DNA of 64,000 bases from a virus. Within the stretch, counting starts at the first letter, position 1. Each line of letters begins with the position of its first letter. The notes beneath the pieces are model-generated. The model was not told where the DNA came from, searched no databases, and was given only the letters and a program-made list of their open reading frames with translations. A program made the translations under genes and the position numbers. Below are positions 9,508-18,318 of this stretch, piece after piece. The stretch is taken from positions 85,349-149,348 of IMG/VR virus record IMGVR_UViG_3300027985_000286. One strand, 5' to 3'.

Positions 9508-9960
9508 ATGATGACAACCGACTCGTTGTTCGACAAGAAGTTTGATGATCTTAAGAAAGAAGCCAACAATGACGTTAAGATCAACGTTGCAGACCTTGGA
9601 AGGTCTGCATCAGAAAATCCTAAACTGTACGTCAAGTACCTTGACAAGCTTTCAACAGAGGTTGTCCAACTCGATAAGCTAGAAAGAGAAAAGGCAAGGT
9701 TGTACAAGTCAAGATGGTCTTACTATATGGGTCATGCACCTGAGGAAGAGTACAAGAAGAGTCCATTAAGAGAGAAGATACAGAAGGCAGACATAAATAA
9801 ATACATTGACGCCGACCCTTTGATGCTAGAGATGAGCGCGCGCATCGACAGGCAGAAGGTGCTCGTAAGATACCTAGAAGATGTAATCAAAGCTATCAAA
9901 GATCGACAATTTTCCATCAAAGCTGCCATTGACTGGCAAAAATTCCAAAGCGGGGCATGA
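9508..9960 (+). CDS. uvsY: Recombination mediator UvsY
   Basis: P.LY.KYL, YY.G.A, YIDAD, R.F.IK.AI.W.KF..G. Confidence 0.92.
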   Translation: MMTTDSLFDKKFDDLKKEANNDVKINVADLGRSASENPKLYVKYLDKLSTEVVQLDKLEREKARLYKSRWSYYMGHAPEEEYKKSPLREKIQKADINKYIDADPLMLEMSARIDRQKVLVRYLEDVIKAIKDRQFSIKAAIDWQKFQSGA

Positions 9961-9961
9961 C

Positions 9962-10150
9962 ATGAAATCATTCAAAGAATTCGTCAACGAAGCCAAGTAT
10001 CAGGCATATGGTCCGTTCAAGACCAAAGAAGAAGCTATAGCAGATGCCAAAGAAGAGATTGGCGGTGGAACTCAAGGAAAGAACTTTTTCATCGAAAAGG
10101 AGAAAGATGGTTTCTACTGGTCAGAAACCAAGAAAGATGGGTCGATTTAA
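9962..10150 (+). CDS. Putative internal head protein
   Basis: Starts MKSFKEFVNE, resembling the T4 internal-protein capsid-targeting sequence. Confidence 0.7.
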   Translation: MKSFKEFVNEAKYQAYGPFKTKEEAIADAKEEIGGGTQGKNFFIEKEKDGFYWSETKKDGSI

Positions 10151-10578
10151 CCCCATCTTTCTTTAGCAGCAGCGAAAGCAGCCTTATCGGCAATTTCGTT
10201 GAAATGATCGCCGTTGTGACCGCGTACCCAGTTCCATTTGACCTTGTGCCTCTGCGATGCGGCTATTAGCCGCTTCCAGAGGTCTGGGTTCTTCACGTTC
10301 ACAAAATTCTTTCTTTGCCACCCAAGAACCCATTTCGTCATTCCGTTGACAACGTACTGGCTGTCAGAAACAATCTCAACTTCGCAGGGGTACGGTAATG
10401 CCTCTAAAGCAGAAATTGGACCCATCAACTCCATACGATTATTGGTAGACTGAGCATCGTCACTGGCACCAGTCAAAACCTTGTAGTTTCCACTCTCGAG
10501 AATGACAACTGCAGCCCATCCACCAGGGCCTGGATTCTTACGAGTACTGCCGTCAGTGTAAATCTTTATCTTGCGCAT
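10147..10578 (-). CDS. rnhA: Ribonuclease HI (bacterial type)
   Basis: IYTDGS..NPGPGG, TNNRMEL, SDSQYV, VKN.DLW, WV.GH.G...NE.AD. Confidence 0.97.
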   Translation of the reverse strand: MRKIKIYTDGSTRKNPGPGGWAAVVILESGNYKVLTGASDDAQSTNNRMELMGPISALEALPYPCEVEIVSDSQYVVNGMTKWVLGWQRKNFVNVKNPDLWKRLIAASQRHKVKWNWVRGHNGDHFNEIADKAAFAAAKERWG

Positions 10579-10638
10579 TTCTTTTCCTGTTAAATATGCT
10601 ATATTGTAGTGAAATTTATCTAAAGGAGCAACACTATC

Positions 10639-10923
10639 ATGAAAACACTAAAAGATTACCTCGGAGAAGAGGTGAAAGATCCTGCAGTCTTGAAAGCGTT
10701 CAAGGATGCTGGCATCCCAGCAGTGTCTTATGGCTTCATTGCCAGAACTGCAGCACAGGATAAGAAAATAGACGTGTTCTTGTCTGTTCTTAAGAAGTCT
10801 GGTTTTGATTACAGAGACCTAGGTAACGGTACGTACCAGTTTTTCAAAGGTAGGACTGTGGTAGGTATCCGTCCCAAGAACAAAATGAAGTTCCAGTCAA
10901 TTCTCGACATTGACGAGGCTTGA
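10639..10923 (+). CDS. Putative internal head protein
   Basis: MKTLKDYLGEE N-terminus; late promoter GTTAAATA at ~10589; AAGGAG RBS. Confidence 0.65.
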   Translation: MKTLKDYLGEEVKDPAVLKAFKDAGIPAVSYGFIARTAAQDKKIDVFLSVLKKSGFDYRDLGNGTYQFFKGRTVVGIRPKNKMKFQSILDIDEA

Positions 10924-10941
10924 GATGCTAGAGCTAGATGT

Positions 10942-12492
10942 ATGAGCGCAGACATCAAGGTAATCAAAGAGGACGAGTCAACCTTAATTGTTGTGCCTAA
11001 CGAGGCGCACATAATCGAGGAACTCTCTGATTACTTTGAGATTGAAAAGGAGAATTCGGTATACCAGAGAAGAAACCGTAAAGGTTGGGATGGTATAACG
11101 CGCCTTTACAGTAAGGCATCTGGAAGGCTCCCTGCTGGTCTCTTCCATCACCTTAAAAAATTCGCTTATGACTTCCAATACACCATGGATGTTGAAGAGT
11201 CAATCGACTCGAAGTTAGATATCAATAGAGAAGACTACGTTAAGTTCGTAAATGAGGATATCTGCCCCTACTCTAAGGGAAATCCAATCAAGCCGTACGA
11301 GTACCAGCTCTACGCTGCCTACTACGCTCTAAAGAATAAGAGAGGTACTTTGCTTGCCGCCACGTCAGCAGGGAAGAGCCTTATAATTTACATCATCAGC
11401 AGAATTATGGAACTAAGTGATGAGAAAGGAGTAGGTAAGCGCATCCTTATCACAGTACCCACAACGTCTCTGGTTGAGCAGCTCTACAATGACTTTGTTG
11501 ACTACGCTAACAACCACAAGAAGGACTGGGTAGTTGGTAACCACGTCCAAAAGATATCAGGGCAGTATGAGAAAACTGTAAACAGAAACATTGTGATTTC
11601 GACATGGCAGTCTGCAATCAAGCTCTACAACTTGAACCAGTTTGGTGTCTGGATCAACGATGAGACCCACAACGGTAAATCCTCATCAATCAAAGAGATT
11701 GGCAAGAACCTATCTGAGTGCGCGTTCAGGGTTGGCCTTACAGGAACACTTGACGGAGTAGAACTACACAGCCTAGAGATACAAGGCGTTTTCGGTCCGG
11801 TGAAACAGATTGTGAAAGCAAAAGAGCTTCAAGATATGGGTAGAGCAGCAGAGACTAAGGTGTTTGGTATCCTTCTTGAGCACCCAGAGTCTGCCAAACG
11901 GTTGCTAAGAAACCTCCAAAACGAGGATAAGAAGGTCAAAGGCAGTAAATCTAACCCTTACGAGATTGAGATGCAGTACCTTATGTCATGCCCTCTAAGA
12001 AACGACTACTTAACCAGACTTGCGTCCGAGCTGAAAGGGAACACAGTGTTCCTAACTGGTAGAATTGATGCACACTTGAAACCACTAGAAGAGAAGTTCA
12101 AAGAAGCAACAGACAAGCCAATATTCGTTATTCACGGTGGCGTAGGTGCAGACGAGCGAGAAGTCATCCGAAACATCCTAGAGACCCACGATAACGCTAT
12201 CATCCTTGCTTCTTACGGAACTATGAGTACTGGTGTTAGTGTCAAGAACCTGCACAATTTGGTATTTGCATACCCACTGAAGGCTAGAATCAAGATCTTG
12301 CAGTCAGTAGGAAGAATGATGCGGATGCACACATCTAAGAGCCACGCTAAAATCATAGATATTGGTGATAACTTGAAGCTGGGTGGTAAAGCAAATCACA
12401 CCATGGAGCATATGAGAAAAAGATTTGAACACTACATCAGCGAAGGATGGAAGATCAAGTTTCTTCAAGTACCGTTAACAAATAAGGGATGA
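10942..12492 (+). CDS. uvsW: SF2 RNA-DNA helicase UvsW
   Basis: WDG.TRL, ATSAGKS, VPTTSLVEQ, DETH, GLTGTL, STG.S.KNLH, LQS.GR. Confidence 0.96.
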   Translation: MSADIKVIKEDESTLIVVPNEAHIIEELSDYFEIEKENSVYQRRNRKGWDGITRLYSKASGRLPAGLFHHLKKFAYDFQYTMDVEESIDSKLDINREDYVKFVNEDICPYSKGNPIKPYEYQLYAAYYALKNKRGTLLAATSAGKSLIIYIISRIMELSDEKGVGKRILITVPTTSLVEQLYNDFVDYANNHKKDWVVGNHVQKISGQYEKTVNRNIVISTWQSAIKLYNLNQFGVWINDETHNGKSSSIKEIGKNLSECAFRVGLTGTLDGVELHSLEIQGVFGPVKQIVKAKELQDMGRAAETKVFGILLEHPESAKRLLRNLQNEDKKVKGSKSNPYEIEMQYLMSCPLRNDYLTRLASELKGNTVFLTGRIDAHLKPLEEKFKEATDKPIFVIHGGVGADEREVIRNILETHDNAIILASYGTMSTGVSVKNLHNLVFAYPLKARIKILQSVGRMMRMHTSKSHAKIIDIGDNLKLGGKANHTMEHMRKRFEHYISEGWKIKFLQVPLTNKG

Positions 12493-12922
12493 ACTGAAGT
12501 AGCAACAGAGTTCAGGGATGATTCAAAAAGTCATAGGTCCCCTAAAGCGACTATCCAAAACATCATTGCCCGTAGCCATACGGTTTTTGGTTTTGGGTTA
12601 CACTAACTGAGTTCAGTACACGACCCCTTCAGTCAGAACGTGAGCATGACCATAAAGGTGAGTAGGCGGTCAGCCTGTACCTACTTCTTACCTTGCTGTT
12701 GTCTGAGTGTTAACACTCACTGACGGTTTGTATCACTGCAGGATGCTCACGTTCCAACTATCCTGCAGTTCGGGTAACCCCGATCATTTGTTTCTCGGCT
12801 GTTTGCTTTAAGGTGCCTGAGTGCTTGTTAGTACAATGAGGTACCACACTCCCTAGGGCTACTCTCCAAGCCACAATGTTGCTGTGCCACTGCTTGGAGG
12901 GTCACCAGGTATAGTCAACCTG
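12493..12922 (-). ncRNA. Putative ~430-nt structured ncRNA convergent with uvsW
   Basis: ORF-free interval with many helices, including a 10-bp stem (12735-12744/12760-12769) and a 12-nt long-range pairing (12636-12647/12743-12754); own minus-strand promoter. Confidence 0.65.
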
Positions 12923-12928
12923 CCTTGC

Positions 12929-12957
12929 ATTGTATATAGCGTTTTGTGTTTTGTAAA
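12929..12957 (-). promoter_or_regulatory. Sigma70-like promoter for the antisense RNA
   Basis: Minus strand reads TTTACA-N17-TACAAT. Confidence 0.7.
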
Positions 12958-13035
12958 GATGCGAGAAGATGTCTTGCTATTCTTAATCAATGGTGCTATG
13001 TTTACAACATACAAAACGTGATGAGAGACAATACA

Positions 13036-13572
13036 ATGACAAACCCAATCGTAGAAGCCGTAAGTCCTCTCAAGAACAGTGCAATGGACCGCGCTGAACA
13101 GCATGCCAACTCGTTGATCAATCGTGTGAAGAAAGAACTCGAGATTGGTGGGTGGGACCTTAATGCGGTCGCTCCTTACCCCAGAGCATGGGGGGCTAGC
13201 AAGAAAAGTTACGCAGAGGCGCGGAGCCGGAACGCAATGTTTTGGGCGTTGGTTGTACCTGCAGGAGAGCAAGCTTCACGTATAACTGGCAAGCCGTATA
13301 TTGTGAAGTTGAGCGACACTAAAATCCAGAAGTTTGTTGATTCTGCTCGCAAAGATGCAGCTGAGCAGTATGACTCCTTCGTGGCCAAGCTTGTGTCGAA
13401 GATCGGTGAGGTGGAAAAGGCTTCGTTGATCGGAGACCATGTGTGGTCTCATTCAATCTTAGTTGTCTCCAAGAGGGACGGTTCGGTTGAGCGTTGGAAG
13501 ACCCAGATGATCATTAACGTGTCCAAGCTGGGCAATCTCTTCAATCAGTGGCCTACTCGTAAGGTCAAGTGA
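13036..13572 (+). CDS. Hypothetical early protein
   Basis: Early promoter TTGCTA-N17-TATGTT (~12974) plus CAACATACAAA leader; start moved to MTNP. Confidence 0.75.
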   Translation: MTNPIVEAVSPLKNSAMDRAEQHANSLINRVKKELEIGGWDLNAVAPYPRAWGASKKSYAEARSRNAMFWALVVPAGEQASRITGKPYIVKLSDTKIQKFVDSARKDAAEQYDSFVAKLVSKIGEVEKASLIGDHVWSHSILVVSKRDGSVERWKTQMIINVSKLGNLFNQWPTRKVK

Positions 13573-13585
13573 GGAGGGCTAGACT

Positions 13586-13963
13586 ATGGCAAGGCGCAGG
13601 TCGGTAAACGTGCATTCTTGGGAGTACATCACCAAAGGCGCAACAGAACCGCACGTGAGATGGACTAACTCTGAGCTCGCCAAGTTTCACTACATGAACA
13701 AGAACGGTGTTTACTTTGAGCACCGTCGGATGGTTCATTTAGTCGGTATGGCAGTGAAAGCTGGATTCATAAGAAGCGGTTGGTACTTGGCATATTGTAT
13801 GAGTACCCAACCTGATACCCTGAGCAAGTACGCAAGGATGAAAAAGGTAAAGGCAACCTCTCTGCACGTCACTGTTCAAATGATAAAGGAAAACACCGCC
13901 AAGGCTCTTTCGAGGTTACAAGAAGAAGGTTTCGATATCAACCAAGAGGTACCCAACCTGTGA
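13586..13963 (+). CDS. Hypothetical protein
   Basis: GAGGAGG RBS. Confidence 0.7.
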   Translation: MARRRSVNVHSWEYITKGATEPHVRWTNSELAKFHYMNKNGVYFEHRRMVHLVGMAVKAGFIRSGWYLAYCMSTQPDTLSKYARMKKVKATSLHVTVQMIKENTAKALSRLQEEGFDINQEVPNL

Positions 13964-14156
13964 GGTCTTATGGTACTGTATAACTGTATGCAAGAGGCGT
14001 GGATTGATACTGATGACGATACGTTCAATGTAGACATGACGCCGTCTATGAATGTCCGTGATGAGGACCTAGAGTTTTGCGATCAGGCTGCTTTCTGGGT
14101 ATGGTATAACGGTGAGTAGGTTAAATACACTAGTCCCTTTTCAGAGTATACCCGCA

Positions 14157-14393
14157 ATGAGCAAGTTCACAAAGTACCTTTCTGAGTCTGCAGTGAGAGT
14201 CAACGCTGACGCCTTGGCTCTCGTTATCTCTAACACTGGAAATATTCCCAAAGGCACTGCGTTGGCATTGGCCAAGCAGATCGCGATTAGGGTGGAAGGT
14301 GGGAGAGCATGGGAGCGTCAGGTTCTCAACAACGTCGACGATAACCCAGACAAGGTTATAGCTCAGATCAAAGCAATTCTGGCCAAACCTTGA
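14157..14393 (+). CDS. Putative internal head protein
   Basis: MSKFTKYLSE N-terminus; late promoter GTTAAATA at ~14120. Confidence 0.65.
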   Translation: MSKFTKYLSESAVRVNADALALVISNTGNIPKGTALALAKQIAIRVEGGRAWERQVLNNVDDNPDKVIAQIKAILAKP

Positions 14394-14812
14394 ACATACA
14401 ACAAGTCTTAGAGCATGTAAACCAAAAGTATCAACCTGGCCCAGTCTATCAGTACGTAGAGGACCAGGTTGACTACTGGCAGTCACCAGACGAGTTTGAG
14501 GAAAGCAAGGCCGGGGATTGCGAGGATTTCGCCATTGCCAAGTTTTTTGCCTTGAAGGGTGTGGTAAAGGACAAAGGAAAGCTAAGCCTAGCCCATGTAT
14601 CTCTAGCGAACGGTCAACAGCATATGGTCTGCATGTACGGTGACATGGTGCTAGACATACGCACTTCTCTTGTAGTCGATATCAAGCACCGTCCTGATAT
14701 AGCCCAGCTCATCTACAAGTTCAACGAAGACAGTCTCACGATAGGGACCACTGTTATGAAAGGTGTTCCTAATATCAAGCCTTGGAAGGAAGTTCTTGCA
14801 CGTATGAGTTAG
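14390..14812 (+). CDS. Transglutaminase-like cysteine peptidase (BTLCP/LapG-like)
   Basis: DYWQSP.E, GDCEDFAIAK, HMV, VLD (C-H-D triad). Confidence 0.85.
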   Translation: MNIQQVLEHVNQKYQPGPVYQYVEDQVDYWQSPDEFEESKAGDCEDFAIAKFFALKGVVKDKGKLSLAHVSLANGQQHMVCMYGDMVLDIRTSLVVDIKHRPDIAQLIYKFNEDSLTIGTTVMKGVPNIKPWKEVLARMS

Positions 14813-14916
14813 ACGTGTTAGCTTGTAAAGATACTTAGAGGATTAAAGCTTAAACCCAAGACGAGTTTTAGATTTGGTACAACAGTTGATTACATCATAC
14901 TCAGGGAGGATATACA

Positions 14917-15126
14917 ATGGCTAAGATTATCGTTCTTAAGGAAATTGAGGTCCCTGAGGGTGACTACTGCTTTCTCAATAATAGGCCTGAAATCTGTATC
15001 AACCTCGACCCTTATACCCTGAATTGGGTAGAACCTCAGTGCGACCACGGGTTTTGTTGCCTTGAAAAGGATGAGGTAGGACTGAAGAAGTCACCCGAAT
15101 GTAAGAAACTCCGTGTTTTGAAGTGA
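14917..15126 (+). CDS. Cys-rich small protein (GDYC family, copy 1)
   Basis: EVPEGDYC...C...C..GF...K...C..L. Confidence 0.7.
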   Translation: MAKIIVLKEIEVPEGDYCFLNNRPEICINLDPYTLNWVEPQCDHGFCCLEKDEVGLKKSPECKKLRVLK

Positions 15127-15194
15127 GTTGTTGCGTTTCTTCGTCAACGGTGCTAGAGTAACAACATACAGAAGCACTTGATGAGGACTAGACA

Positions 15195-16355
15195 ATGAAG
15201 CAGACCTTCAAAGTTCCTACCAGCAAGATGGATTGGGTCAAGGCCAGGGTTGCCAAGCTCAATAAGCGCGCTTCAAAGCACAGTTTGCCTGGTCTTTACC
15301 TGACAGTGACGGGGACTCACGTTGAGCGCATAGTAGCTGACCCTTCTGACCCGCATAGTCAAAAGATCTGGGTAGAGTACACTGATTACACCGTAGAAGG
15401 TGAAACTCCTATCATCAAGGGTTGGGAGTTTATTGGGCGTATTGACCACGTTGATGGTCATAACATTACGCTCAGTGTACCTGGTTGCGATACCCAAATA
15501 CCCGATGAGTTCAAAGATAGAGCTCCGTTTTGCGACCATTGCCGGACGCACCGTCTTAAGAAGAAGTCGTACATCATTACAAGAGACGGAGAGTTCATGC
15601 AAATTGGCTCTGCGTGCTTGAAAGAATTCTTCGATCGTCCTGTGGAGCAGCAGGTTCACAGGATGTCGGTGTTTGATGACATCGACCAGATGAATCAGAG
15701 CTGGGGGTTCAATGACTTCCGCCAGCCTTTGATGACCTCACTTGCGGTTGCGGCTGCGTCTATTCGGCAGTTTGGGTTCCAGAAGTCAGATTCTGAGAAT
15801 CCAACCAAGCAGGACGTTATCACGTGGTTTAGCAGGGTTGGATGGCAGCATAAGGAACACCTCAAGCCTACTGTCAATGACCGCCGCATTGCTCGCAAGA
15901 CTGTAAAGTGGGTGCGTCAGCAGAAAGCTAACAGCGAATTCATGCAGAACCTGCAAGCGTTTACGACTATGCGGTATGTGGACTTGAAGTACGCTGGGTT
16001 CCTTGCTGCTGCGGTTAACTCGTTCCTGCGGTCTGAGGCAGAGAAGAAAGAAAAAGAGGTTGTTGACAGTCATTGGGTTGGCAACATCAAGCAGCGCCTG
16101 GATCTGGATCTCACTTTGCAGCGAATGATTATCCGTGAGAACGAAGGTCACTATGCTTACGCCTACGTTCCTAACTATACCTACATCCACATCTGGGTAG
16201 ACGATGATGGAAATCGTTTCGTGTGGTTCGGTTCCAAGATCATTAGTGACGTGCCTGGAGAGCGTGTTAGCGTAAGGGGTACCGTTAAGGATCATAGTGA
16301 GTACAAGGGAATCAAGAATACGGTGCTTACCAGGGTTGTTGCCAAAGGGGCATAA
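15195..16355 (+). CDS. Conserved phage protein with CxxC motif and OB-like C-terminus
   Basis: CDHC..R, QIG..CL, C-terminal GTVK.H.EY.G...T.LTR; early promoter and leader. Confidence 0.7.
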   Translation: MKQTFKVPTSKMDWVKARVAKLNKRASKHSLPGLYLTVTGTHVERIVADPSDPHSQKIWVEYTDYTVEGETPIIKGWEFIGRIDHVDGHNITLSVPGCDTQIPDEFKDRAPFCDHCRTHRLKKKSYIITRDGEFMQIGSACLKEFFDRPVEQQVHRMSVFDDIDQMNQSWGFNDFRQPLMTSLAVAAASIRQFGFQKSDSENPTKQDVITWFSRVGWQHKEHLKPTVNDRRIARKTVKWVRQQKANSEFMQNLQAFTTMRYVDLKYAGFLAAAVNSFLRSEAEKKEKEVVDSHWVGNIKQRLDLDLTLQRMIIRENEGHYAYAYVPNYTYIHIWVDDDGNRFVWFGSKIISDVPGERVSVRGTVKDHSEYKGIKNTVLTRVVAKGA

Positions 16356-16356
16356 T

Positions 16357-16674
16357 ATGAAACACATCATTGACATCGATACAGAGGCTCTTATCAAAGA
16401 AGCAGCGAGGTCAGCAGAGGCTGTTGCTCGTAAGTCAATCTCTGCTAACTTAGCACATAGGTTCCGTGGCCCACTAGGTTTTTGGGATTCCCCTGGTGGT
16501 GGTGATCTCTACGACCTTATGCTAGACAAGGTGAAAGACCTTGTCTCGAGCGATGAGTTCGACCAGATGATCAACCGAATCATTCGGGAGAAGATGGAAG
16601 CGGCGGCTGACAGTGCAGTTAAAACGGCGTTGAACCATCTTGCTCGTAAAAAGGTTTTCCTGGAGAGAGTCTAG
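16357..16674 (+). CDS. Hypothetical protein
   Basis: Coupled to the upstream stop codon. Confidence 0.65.
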   Translation: MKHIIDIDTEALIKEAARSAEAVARKSISANLAHRFRGPLGFWDSPGGGDLYDLMLDKVKDLVSSDEFDQMINRIIREKMEAAADSAVKTALNHLARKKVFLERV

Positions 16675-16676
16675 CC

Positions 16677-16973
16677 GTGTTTAACCTTTCTGAAATACCA
16701 GCTTGGCCTCAGCGACAAGATTCGCTTGCTGAACAGTTGTCAGACCTTCAAATGGTTGCAGTTCGTCTTGGTATGTACGACGCAGCAGATGCCATTGTTC
16801 AGATGTACCCGAATCTTCCTAACCTGAAGTACGGCTGTCATTGTTGTTTAGGCACAGATAAAGAAGAGCCTGACGGTTGTGTTTTGGATGGTGGTTCAGT
16901 ACGCTACTGTTTCTTAGCAACACAGTACGACAAGAAGGAAAAGTGCCCGTATTGGAAGATAGTCACTTTGTGA
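16677..16973 (+). CDS. Cys-rich hypothetical protein
   Basis: GCHC...PDGCV.D...C......K..CPYW. Confidence 0.65.
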   Translation: MFNLSEIPAWPQRQDSLAEQLSDLQMVAVRLGMYDAADAIVQMYPNLPNLKYGCHCCLGTDKEEPDGCVLDGGSVRYCFLATQYDKKEKCPYWKIVTL

Positions 16974-17002
16974 CTAGTCTTGAAACCTTAGAGGTATTGG
17001 TT

Positions 17003-17416
17003 ATGAAAACGAAGAAGGTTACTCTTGAGGTTGAGGTTTCCGGCGGTGACTACTGCTTTGACGAGGACTTTAACGGATGCCCTCATCTTACGTTGAGTTC
17101 TAACTCAACTTGCGCGCTTGGGTTCAAGCCGGAAATCGTCGATTTCCTTCACATCCGGAAAGATAGGGCTTGCGCAAACCTTCCGGATTGCCGCAACGAC
17201 GATGCAGTGGATAATCAGAAGGAGTACCTGGTCTGTCACCCTGAAAAGGGGTTCTTTCGCGCATTCAGCAGTGTGGACATTGATGGATTTTTCCCTGAGC
17301 AGTGGACAGCTGATGAAGAGAAAGCGAAGGTTTTCACGGGTCGTCAGATTAACGGGATTGTAAGGCTACACCCAAACCTGTTTGAGTTGTGCATGTTCAA
17401 GGTTAAGGAGGGCTGA
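17003..17416 (+). CDS. Cys-rich protein (GDYC family, copy 2)
   Basis: EVSGGDYC...C...CALGFKP...KD..C..L; GAGG RBS. Confidence 0.7.
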   Translation: MKTKKVTLEVEVSGGDYCFDEDFNGCPHLTLSSNSTCALGFKPEIVDFLHIRKDRACANLPDCRNDDAVDNQKEYLVCHPEKGFFRAFSSVDIDGFFPEQWTADEEKAKVFTGRQINGIVRLHPNLFELCMFKVKEG

Positions 17417-17419
17417 CAC

Positions 17420-17743
17420 GTGGAATTCCAGCAAGTTGCTTTAAAGACTGCAGTTGTACCTAAAGGGGACTACTGTTGGTCGGACGGGTCAGGGTGTAGG
17501 TGGTTCTGCCACGATTCTCCTGTAGAGAATAGGTGTTTGAGAGGGTTTAAGCCTTCAGAACCAGAAGACCCGTTCGAGATCATTAAAGACCCGGAATGTG
17601 CAAGGTTAACTGTCATTCGACCCCGTATCTGCTTGGCGAAACCTTTGCGTTCTATTAAAAAGGCTTTACACTACTGGAAGCCGACAAGGCTTACTCTAAA
17701 GGTAAACCCAAGAATTCACGCTTGGCTTTGGTGGAACTTCTAA
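17420..17743 (+). CDS. Cys-rich protein (GDYC family, copy 3)
   Basis: VVPKGDYC...C...CLRGFKP...KD..C..L; GGAGG RBS. Confidence 0.7.
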   Translation: MEFQQVALKTAVVPKGDYCWSDGSGCRWFCHDSPVENRCLRGFKPSEPEDPFEIIKDPECARLTVIRPRICLAKPLRSIKKALHYWKPTRLTLKVNPRIHAWLWWNF

Positions 17744-17757
17744 GGAGACATTACATC

Positions 17758-18210
17758 ATGAATAGCATCAAGAAAGAGGATATGACACCTGGTTGTACTA
17801 TCTTTACCGTGCATGCCTTTTTGGATGGCGGTTCTTACATTGAAGAGCTCCGGGTAGTCAACCTCACGTCGAAGGATAGTCACTTTTTCGTTGATGGTTC
17901 TGAGTCTGAAAGGGCCTCTCGTAGCCAAGATTTTTTCGATGCTGTGCACGTTGGTAATGACAGAAGAGAGCAGTACACCTTTTTTGTGTCCTACCTGGAC
18001 ATGAACATTGTTCCCAACGGTTACAACAACCACAGAGCCTTTGCTACCAGGGAGGAGGCAGAGCACTACAAGAATCACCCTGAAATCTGGAGTAACGGAC
18101 AAGGTGGCGTATCTGCTGATATGCGCGATAGCTTCCTTGATGATCTTTGGGATGACTACGAAGAGGCGTACCCCTTCGACCGATTCGACGAACCCGATAG
18201 CACTGTGTAG
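17758..18210 (+). CDS. Hypothetical protein
   Basis: AAGGAG RBS before 17758. Confidence 0.65.
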   Translation: MNSIKKEDMTPGCTIFTVHAFLDGGSYIEELRVVNLTSKDSHFFVDGSESERASRSQDFFDAVHVGNDRREQYTFFVSYLDMNIVPNGYNNHRAFATREEAEHYKNHPEIWSNGQGGVSADMRDSFLDDLWDDYEEAYPFDRFDEPDSTV

Positions 18211-18226
18211 GCCCCGGCCCAGAAGT

Positions 18227-18290
18227 CGTGGCAGAACGCCTCTCAGGCAGTCTGCCACGTATTGCTGTTGTATGCCAGCGCTGCTAAACT
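18227..18290 (+). promoter_or_regulatory. Stem-loop followed by a sigma70-like promoter
   Basis: CGTGGCAGA/TCTGCCACG stem (18227-18259), then TTGCTG-N17-TAAACT. Confidence 0.6.
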
Positions 18291-18318
18291 ATGCTGGAAA
18301 ATACACCAGGGAGGCACA

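Noticed and set aside
12841-12925. IscB omega-RNA/HEARO resemblance on the minus strand (GTTGAC, GCAGTG, AACATTG)
   Set aside because: Short motifs only, order and spacing unconvincing, and no adjacent IscB/TnpB ORF.
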